Shown here one piece after another: positions 54,920-64,000 of a DNA stretch of 64,000 bases. The notes beneath the pieces are model-generated. The model searched no databases. It saw only the letters and a list, made by a program, of their open reading frames with translations, and was not told where the DNA came from. The position numbers and the translations under genes are program-made. The stretch is from Lytechinus pictus (Eukaryota), in assembly GCF_037042905.1 (NCBI RefSeq), contig NC_087250.1, forward strand, positions 27,778,001 through 27,842,000. Direction: 5' to 3'. Every line of letters starts with the position of its first letter. Positions within the stretch are counted from its first letter, which is position 1.

Positions 54920-54993
54920 TACCGTCACACGGTAAACTGATAGTGTAAGCTGAAAGAGAGTGTGCAAGCCTATAACTGGATTTATCGGTAAGT
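54920..54993 (+). promoter_or_regulatory. Candidate non-coding 5' exon and donor (module 3)
   Basis: gctgaaagagagtgtgc...ttatcg|GTAAGT at 54988; the following intron start matches 28828-28935; kB consensus GGAATTCCCC at 54829-54838. Confidence 0.5.
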
Positions 54994-55189
54994 TTTGATA
55001 ATTAGGAATGCCCTAAATCCGTATTTTGATTTTATTATTCAGCATTGATAAACTAGCTGGAGTACATGTAAGCTAATAATACTTGATAATCCTAGATCAG
55101 TTGGTTTACTGACGGTTGGTCTATCACTTGGTCTAATAATCAGATGGGCTAACAACGTTCGGGCTACATCCACTTAGTCCGATTCTCTT

Positions 55190-57270
55190 TTGGTCTAATG
55201 ACAACTTGGTCTAATAGCCAATTACTCTAATGACAACTTGGTCTAATAGCCAATTACTCTAATGACAATTTGGTCTAATAGTCAATCACTCTAATGACAA
55301 CTTGGTCTAATAGTCAATTACTCTAATGACAACTTGGTATAATAGTCAATTACTCTAATGACAACTTGGTCTAATAGTCAATTACTCTAATGACAACTTG
55401 GTCTAATAGTCAATTACTCTAATGACAACTTGGTCTAATAGTCAATTACTCTAATGACAAATTGGTATAATAGTCAATTACTCTAATGACAACTTGGTCT
55501 AATAGTCAATTACTCTAATGACAACTTGGTCTAATAGCCAATTACTCTAATGACAACTTGGTCTAACAGTCAATTACTCTAATGACAACTTGGTCTAATA
55601 GTCAATTACTCTAATGACAACTTGGTCTAATAGCCAATTACTCTAATGACAACTTGGTTTAATAGCCAATTACTCTAATGACAACTTGGTCTAATAGTCA
55701 ATAACTCTAATGACAACTTGGTCTAATAGTCAATAACTCTAATGACAACTTGGTCTAATAGTCAATTACTCTAATGACAACTTGGTCTAATAACCAATTA
55801 CTCTAATGACAACTTGGTCTAATAGTCAATTACTCTAATGACAACTTGGTCCAATAGCCAATTACTCTAATGACAACTTGGTCTAATAGCCAATTACTCT
55901 AATGACAACTTGGTCTAATAGTCAATTACTCTAATGACAACTTGGTCTAATAGTCAATTACTCTAATGACAACTTGGTATAATAGTCAATTACTCTAATG
56001 ACAACTTGGTCTAATAGTCAATTACTCTAATGACAACTTGGTCTAATAACCAATTACTCTAATGACAACTTGGTCTAATAGTCAATTACTCTAATGACAA
56101 CTTGGTCTAATAGCCAATTACTCTAATGACAACTTGGTCTAATAGCCAATTACTCTAATGACAACTTGGTATAATAGTCAATTACTCTAATGACAACTTG
56201 GTATAATAGTCAATTACTCTAATGACAACTTGGTCTAATAGCCAATTACTCTAATGACAACTTGGTATAATAGTCAATTACTCTAATGACAACTTGGTCT
56301 AATAACCAATTACTCTAATGACAACTTGGTCTAATAGTCAATTACTCTAATGACAACTTGGTCTAATAGTCAATTACTCTAATGACAACTTGGTCTAATA
56401 GCCAATTACTCTAATGACAACTTGGTATAATAGTCAATTACTCTAATGACAACTTGGTCTAATAGTCAATTACTCTAATGACAACTTGGTATAATAGTCA
56501 ATTACTCTAATGACAACTTGGTCTAATAGTCAATTACTCTAATGACAACTTGGTCTAATAACCAATTACTCTAATGACAACTTGGTCTAATAGTCAATTA
56601 CTCTAATGACAACTTGGTCCAATAGCCAATTACTCTAATGACAACTTGGTCTAATAGCCAATTACTCTAATGACAACTTGGTCTAATAGTCAATTACTCT
56701 AATGACAACTTGGTCTAATAACCAATTACTCTAATGACAACTTGGTCTAATAGTCAATTACTCTAATGACAACTTGGTCTAATAGTCAATAACTCTAATG
56801 ACAACTTGGTCTAATAGTCAATTACTCTAATGACAACTTGGTCTAATAACCAATTACTCTAATGACAACTTGGTCTAATAGTCAATTACTCTAATGACAA
56901 CTTGGTCTAATAACCAATTACTCTAACGACAACTTGGTCTAATAGTCAATTACTCTAATGACAACTTGGTCTAATAGTCAATTACTCTAATGACAACTTG
57001 GTCTAATAACCAATTACTCTAATGACAACTTGGTCTAATAGTCAATTACTCTAATGACAACTTGGTCTAATAATCAATTACTCTAATGACAACTTGGTCT
57101 AATAGTCAATTACTCTAATGACAACTTGGTCTAATAGTCAATTACTCTAATGACAACTTGGTCTAATAACCAATTACTCTAATGACAACTTGGTCTAATA
57201 GTCAATTACTCTAATGACAACTTGGTCTAATAGCCAATTACTCTAATAACAACTTGATTTAATAGCCAAT
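55190..57270 (+). repeat. 32-bp minisatellite (2 x 16-bp subunits), about 65 copies
   Basis: Unit ctaatgacaacttggt-ctaatagtcaattact, highly homogeneous; degenerate ttggtcta lead-in from ~55110. Confidence 0.97.
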
Positions 57271-60046
57271 TAATGACCACTTGAAATCGTCAAGTATTTC
57301 AATGAATGATTTGTAAAAAATATAGACGATATACGTTCCCCACAACATGACTACTTTCATACAAGAAGATTTTAATTTTGTGAATCACCCAGAGTATAAA
57401 AATGACTTACTTGTGACATAAACAAAGATCACTGATTACATTGTTTGTGCTGGATTCCCATGTGTTTCCAATCCAACCTTTGGGCTTATTTAATCGTGAG
57501 AAGAAAAAAAAAGAAGATTTTGTAATTAAGTGGGAACCTAATCTTGATGGATAATGTGAATGTTCAATAACAAGAATGAAAACCTCATCAATATTGATGT
57601 TTAATATAGAATCATGCCACATTGTCTACATGATCAGGATATCTCAAAAAGTCGATTGATTTGATAACATTCGGTAGAAATGATAACATTTGGTAGTAAT
57701 GATAGCATTCGGTAGAACTGATAACATTCCGTAAAAAATGATTACATTCAGCAAATACGATAATATTCTGTAGAAATGATGACATTGTGTATAAATGTGT
57801 TAACATTCCGTAGAAATGACAGCATTCAGTAGAAAAGATATCATTCTGTAGAAATGATAACATTCGCTAGAAGTTATCATTCGGTAGATCATTGGCGCCC
57901 TCTACATTCATTTATGTTTACATACATCATTAGTGAGGTCAATTTGATTACATCATCAAATCATTTTCACTATCGGTCAATGGCATCTCAAGTTATGAAC
58001 CTGCCTTGATGGATATTAAAACCCTTCATATTCAATAACATACACGATGTATATTAACATAATAAGACATGTTCATATTTTCATATTTAAGTCAGAATTC
58101 GACATGACAAATAATTTTGCATTTGTGATTCAATAAGAATGTTTTATCATAATATGTATTGTTAGCGATAGTGATGATATTAGTTAATACATTCTTGTTA
58201 ATTGTGTGCATTCTAAACTCGTGTTTAAGCGAATGACACATGTTATGTTGTTGATAGTTATAATCCTTTTTTCTACAAGACTGATATCACATAGTATTCT
58301 ATGAACTAGTTGATACTTGTTCCCCACCCCCTCTCATATTTTTATACCAACTCTCTCTTATTTTCATATTTCCCCTTTCTCTCTCTTCAACGTATATATT
58401 TTTTGCACGATCACCATATTTTTTCTCTATACGTTTTTTTATGTTGATCAAGTTTGGAGTTATATTTAAATTGCTGATAATGATAATCAAGTTCTCTAGA
58501 TTCCAATCAGATTTATTGTAACAATCATCAATATCGTATAAATTTTAGCTGTATTTTAGTTCTATGAACTATTGCTCATTATATAGTGTACTCAAGAGCC
58601 TTTGCTGAAAATAGAAAACAGAATTGGGTATGTGTCGTATTTCTTCAGTATTTCATATACAGATAATCAAAATTTGCTTCATAAAAATGGACACTACACA
58701 AATCCAGTGAATGTATATTTTTAGGTGCGTTATAGCTATAACAATCATTTTATAGTTCATACAATGATGTATTTTAGAAGCGCTTTTAGATTTTTATATA
58801 AGTAGAAAAGGTATATACTTTAGTTCTAAAACTCTGTTTCGTTATCTCTTTTATAATCTCTGATTGTATAATATGTGATACAAAAAATGCACTTGCTTGC
58901 TAGTAAATATACATGTATATAACGGAGACCTTGTAGATAAAAAAAAAAGAGAGAGACAGTAAGAATGAAGACCGGAAAAGAGAGCGGGAGAAATGGAGAG
59001 ACAAGGGGAATAAGAGAGAGAGAGAGAGAGAGGGAGGAGAATATTTAAAGAACTACCGAGAGACAAGGAATGGTGAAAAGAGATGGGGGAGGGGACGGGG
59101 TGAATTTGTAATTGAATTTGTGTTTGTATTTTCCTTTATCATGAAACAAAGTGATATTACATTACAAAGTTAAATATATAAAAAACCATGTCAATCATAG
59201 TAATTCATAACATAATTAAAAAAGGGTGAATTTGAACTACGTAGATAGAACTGGCTTCGTCGAAATTAAGTAAAAGGAAACAACGGAGGGGCTTGCCAAG
59301 AAAGATTGAATTTAAGAGATAGAAAAAGGAAGGGAGAGAAAAAAGAACGAGAGAGAGAGAGATAGGAAGAGAACAATCCCAACGCTTCTTATTTTTTGTA
59401 TAACCAGGAAATAAAGTACGATTACATAATATTAAATTATATTAGTGGCCATTATGCTACTTCAATGTATTCAAAGAACGACACCACTGTCATGACTGTC
59501 ATATTGAATTTATGTTTTGTTAGTTTATGTTACATGTACATATATAAATCAAACTGAAATGATAATCAAAAGAGGTCATGATGCACGGTTTATACGCAAA
59601 TAAATGATAGAAATGAGGAGAGGGGTTGGAGGAGTTCCATCCCTCAGTTTTTCTCAAATTTTGATATGCAAGAATGTTTAACTGCATGTATGTTTTGTGC
59701 TCTAGACAAAAACATCAGATTATCATTAGCGAAACTTCATAAATTATCTTCTTTATTGTTATTTGATATTTTTATTTAGGAATTCACCCCGAATGAAAAA
59801 TGAAATTTTAACACAATCCGCCGGTATATTATGTTAAAAATATTCAATTGCGTGTCAACAAACACTATTTTATTACGTTGATAATATTTACTGCATGTCA
59901 ACAGAGACGGCACCATTATGTAGATAATAATGTCCCGACATCCACTGGAATGGTAACAAAAAAAGCGAAACAATAATACATGAGAAAAAAAAAATCGATT
60001 TGATGGGTGTTTTATAAAGCTGTTCGTAATAACGTACGAATGACTT

Positions 60047-60588
60047 GGATACACTTCGTAATTCCGAAGGTTCGTAATTCCGAAACATGCAAATTGCCTA
60101 TACCTCGATGTTCGTTAATCCGAAAACGTAAAAGGGTTCTTTAATCCGAACATTTGTGTCGTTATTCCGAAGGTTCGATAATCCGAAAACGAAATAAGGT
60201 TCGATGTTCCGAAGGTTCGTTAATCCGAAAACGATATAAGGTTCGTTGTTCCGAAGGTTCGTTAATCCGAAAACGAAATAAGGTTCGTTGTTCCGAAGGT
60301 TCGTCAGTCCGAAAACGAAATGAGGTTAGTTAATCATTTAGTTTTCGGACTAACGAACATTCGGAATTTCGAACCTCATTTCTTTTTCGGATTAACGAAC
60401 CTTCGGAATTACGAACCTCACTTCGTTTTCGGACTAACGAACCTTCGGAATTACGAACCTCATTTTGTTTTCGGACTAACGAACCTTCGGAATTACGAAC
60501 CTTCGGAAATACGAACCTTCGGAACAACGAACCTTCGGAATAACCGAACCTTCGGAATAACGAAGCTTCGGAATTACGAATGTATGTG
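60047..60588. mobile_element. Foldback MITE (Mutator-like) built of 42-/15-bp ccgaaggttcg subrepeats
   Basis: 9-bp TSD GAATGACTT (60038-60046 / 60589-60597); left arm inverted relative to right arm; empty site at ~46808-46816. Confidence 0.82.
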
Positions 60589-60616
60589 GAATGACTTTAC
60601 GCAAGGCTGGTACATG

Positions 60617-61005
60617 AATTGAATTGAATTGAATTTATTTGAACTTCACTGGCAATTGCCAATATTTTGTTCAAAACAAAAAGTACACAATAATACAAAA
60701 CAAATATACATTGCAAGGAATATAAGCAAATAAACAAAAACAAAATAGTATTTCGTAAAAAAAAATAAAAAAGGAGAATCAACTAATATATACAAATATA
60801 CACAACAAACATAGGAATCATTTGGATAGATAATTGACAATGGATATAGAGAGTGATATCCAAGTGATTCCAAGAAAAGATAGAAACATAACGAAAGTGA
60901 GAGATGAAAGGAAAATAAAGAGGAAACAAGTTCGAAAATGGAGAGAGCGGGAAAGAGAGGAAGAATGAGAAGAATGGCATTACATGTAAGCTCATTGTGT
61001 AACAA
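60617..61005 (-). mobile_element. Probable LINE 3'-UTR fragment with (TTCAA)n tail on the minus strand
   Basis: gaattgaattgaattgaatttattt reads AATAAA plus (TTCAA)n on the minus strand; absent from the paralog at ~46835. Confidence 0.55.
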
Positions 61006-62364
61006 ATGTTCTCAGGTGATGAAGTCAGCTACATAGAAAGGTTCAACAGTCACGTTACGTCATTCGTCATAACTCACGGGCAGTTTTATGAAAAACCCAG
61101 CCGAGAGATTTTCACATTGACTGCTAACAAAGCATTGCCAAAACCTTTGACTTCCATTATTTAAAGCTATTCGGTTTAAAGTATGTACGTTTACATGTAC
61201 GGTTTGCGGATGATAACATTCTAACCTCCGTATAGAAAATTATACCACGGCAATTATAGACGATAGTAGAAATAAATAAGTGACACTGATTATGCGCTTT
61301 GAGCACTCCACAAAGTGGATTTGGTGGGTTTTTAAACATTAATTTTATTAATGTTATCATCATATATTTATGTATATAATATACGTTGAGAAAATATTAA
61401 TTTTCAAATGATTCTTAATCGTATGATTAACGTAAAATAGAGCAGAGAGGGTTTGTATGTGACTCATAATGGTAATTTATTCATTACAAAACTACACGAC
61501 TAAGACCAGACTTTCTTTAAATCTTATTTAGCCGAGTCCGTTAGGTATTATTGATCATTTTCAAGCAAACCATTATTCTTGTATTTCTGCTATTAAATGG
61601 ATTTTAATTTTTGGCTTGCATGGTCGTAGTAATCATTTTTTAAGAAAAGGCACTTCACTTTAAACAGCATTTGTATAGAAAGTGATAGGAATATAGGATT
61701 CTTGACTAAACTTGTAAAGTGTTTTAGTTACTTAAGAAAACTTATTTTATTTGACAGTTTTTATTTATATTTCTTGTGTACTGTAAAAGGCAACTATAAA
61801 AAATCTAGCCGCTATGTTCTATTAGGAATCGAATCTTTGACACAATAAACACCATCATGGAGCGACTAATAAAGATTTCAACAATTTTATACTCATTACT
61901 TGGAATCAAGAACTATTACTTTACATATATTTAGAAGCCTACAGTAATTTTCTACAGCCTCTTCTATTACATGTAAGTCAGGTTCCCAACGTTTGTTACA
62001 CACTCTAGTGTACCCTATAACATGTAGTATAAATACCTAATTTGATCTTAGAATGCTATGTTTAAGAACATATTTCTGATATAACCATTGGCCATATCTT
62101 ATTTATTGTAAAAGTGTAACAAATAAATTCTGATTCAATTCAATACAACCTGTAGTATTTCTTCCGTTCAGTTATTACTAAACCAACCATTACTGTATGT
62201 CATTACTATACTGTAAGCCACATTAAACTTGTAGTTGTATAAAATTGGATCGTACTGATATCTAACATTGGGTATTTTATTTGATTTGTGCACTGACCCA
62301 GAGAGTTGAAAATCCCCAATATGTTTTGATACACATTGCAGGTCCACTCAGTTGCACACTAAAC

Positions 62365-62434
62365 TCGTATTCATTCACACAGTGTGCAGAGATTGTTTAT
62401 AGCTGAAAGAGTATACTTGAACTTATCGGTGAGT
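62365..62434 (+). promoter_or_regulatory. Candidate non-coding 5' exon and donor (module 4)
   Basis: Near-copy of 48210-48278; ttatcg|GTGAGT at 62429. Confidence 0.5.
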
Positions 62435-63104
62435 ATGTAGCTTTGGAAATATATTGTTTGTGAAAATAGTAAAGGACATGACTGATAACTTACATTAAAT
62501 ACAGTTGATCTACTTTACTATATCTTGGCTATTGTTTTGGACATGACTGTGCTTAAAAACAAATGTTATACCAAGTCTTTCTGATAAAATCCCTTTTAAT
62601 GACGTCATCCCTACAACACATGTAGCTCGTCTAATTTCCTATTAGCACTGACAAGGACAAAGGTTGCAAAAAAAGCAAAGATCCCATGATTGGGGGATAT
62701 TTTTTTTACTGATAATGAATGAAATCTCATATCACACTGTACTTTTTTTCCTTAACCCCGGGAAATCGGTGGGGCTAAGGGGGCGGGGGGGGGGGGGGAG
62801 GTCTTAGCCCCACCAATTTCCCGGAGTTAAGCTTAGCCCGCTTAGCCCGCTTCGTTTTCACACTACGTTTTAGCAAAGTTGGCTGGCACGGTAAATAATA
62901 CGGTACTATCTGGCCCTGCCAAAAAATCAGGGTTAGCCGGTGCTAATTGCGATGCTAAGAGATGCAGTGTGAAACGAAAGTGGGCTAAGGAGGAAAAGTG
63001 GGGCTAAGCATTAACCAATCACCAAAATCGAAAATTGCACGTTAATCGCGTTCTTTATGATAAAATCATCAATATTCATGAGCTGTGTGATAGTTCGGGG
63101 TTAA

Positions 63105-63567
63105 AGGAAACCAAAACCCAAGAAGAGAAATAATCTTATTGGAAAGAGTAAAATAAGAGGATGGCTGATTTTGTGGACAACTCTCCATTTTTTTTGTACA
63201 CAAGTTTTCAGATTTTCCACATTATCTTTCAAATTGCATCTTGCCTCCTTCTGAGCACAACATATGTCATGGGAAAATATAATCCACACCATATATGTCA
63301 AGGTCAGGAGGAGATAATGTGAAATGTAAAATAAAGGGGGAAATCTGAAAATATGTGTACAAAACAAATGGAGAGTTGTCCACAAAATCAGCCATTTTGA
63401 AGCACGTTTGCCAATTTGAGGATCCACATTGTAAGTACAACAAGACTTTTTAATCGTCCATAACTTGCTTATTTCATAACCGATTTTGATGAAACTTTTT
63501 TTTTTATTGTTCCTCTCATTTTACTCTTTCCAATAAGATTGCTTCTCTTCATGGGTTTTGGTTTCCT
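63105..63567. mobile_element. TTAA-type MITE family D, nested in a ggggttaa/ggggctaag-rich element (~62720-63665)
   Basis: ttaa|aggaaaccaaaaccca ... tgggttttggtttcct|ttaa. Confidence 0.82.
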
Positions 63568-63671
63568 TTAAGGTGATAACACTGGCTAAGCAAATAGTAT
63601 GGGGTTAAGAAAGACAGTGTGAATAATAAAAAAAAATATGGGGTTAAGGATAGTACGGGGTTAAAGGAAAT

Positions 63672-63990
63672 GGTTACACTTCGTAATTCCGAAGGTTCGT
63701 AATTCCGAAACACGTAAATTGTTCGATGTTCGTTAATCCGAAAAATTAAAAGGGTTCGTTAATCCGAACATTTGTGGCGTTATTCCGAAGGTTCGTTATT
63801 CCGACGGTTCGATAATCCGAAAACGAAATAAGGTTCGATGTTATGAAGGTTCGTTAATCCGAAAACGAAATAAGGTTCGTTGTTCCGAAGGTTCGTTAAT
63901 CCGAAAACGAAATAAGGTTCGTTGTTCCGAAGCTTCGTTAGTCCGAAAACGAAATAAGGTTCGTTAACCATTTCATTTTCGGACTGGAAA
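63672..63990. mobile_element. Second copy (left arm) of the foldback element at 60047
   Basis: ggttacacttcgtaattccgaaggttcg... with 42-bp subrepeats. Confidence 0.8.
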
Positions 63991-64000
63991 GCCAATAAAG

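Noticed and set aside
55190..57270. CRISPR array
   Set aside because: Contiguous near-identical 32-bp units without spacers; no cas genes.
60320..60622. 14-aa repeat protein
   Set aside because: Translation of 42-bp subrepeats within the foldback transposon.

Overview
AT-rich, intron-containing animal genomic DNA. The repeat landscape resembles a sea urchin/echinoderm genome, which is an inference. Bases 1-8 kb hold the last three coding exons of a mitochondrial class-1 peptide release factor gene (MTRF1L-like; PKT and GGQ motifs). The 3' end of each of the three exons has been tandemly re-duplicated (about 46 x 65 bp, about 5 x 53 bp, and one 124-bp copy that supplies the stop codon). Bases 13-64 kb are a tandemly duplicated cluster of RING-less TRIM-like genes with a single coding exon (B-box, coiled coil, beta-propeller). 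It contains one intact copy (13351-15000), one pseudogene (nonsense codon plus a young DNA transposon), one copy whose coding exon is missing and replaced by a 32-bp array, and four paralogous promoter/non-coding-exon modules. The two readable copies have near-identical frameworks but hypervariable patches in the propeller. Paralogous blocks provide empty sites that let many insertions be delimited exactly. These include an endonuclease-deleted I-group LINE sitting at the predicted start site of a solo LTR, a 34-nt tailless tRNA-Arg retrocopy, many MITEs, a SINE and L2 fragments. All identities and copy numbers are manual estimates; no database searches were run.
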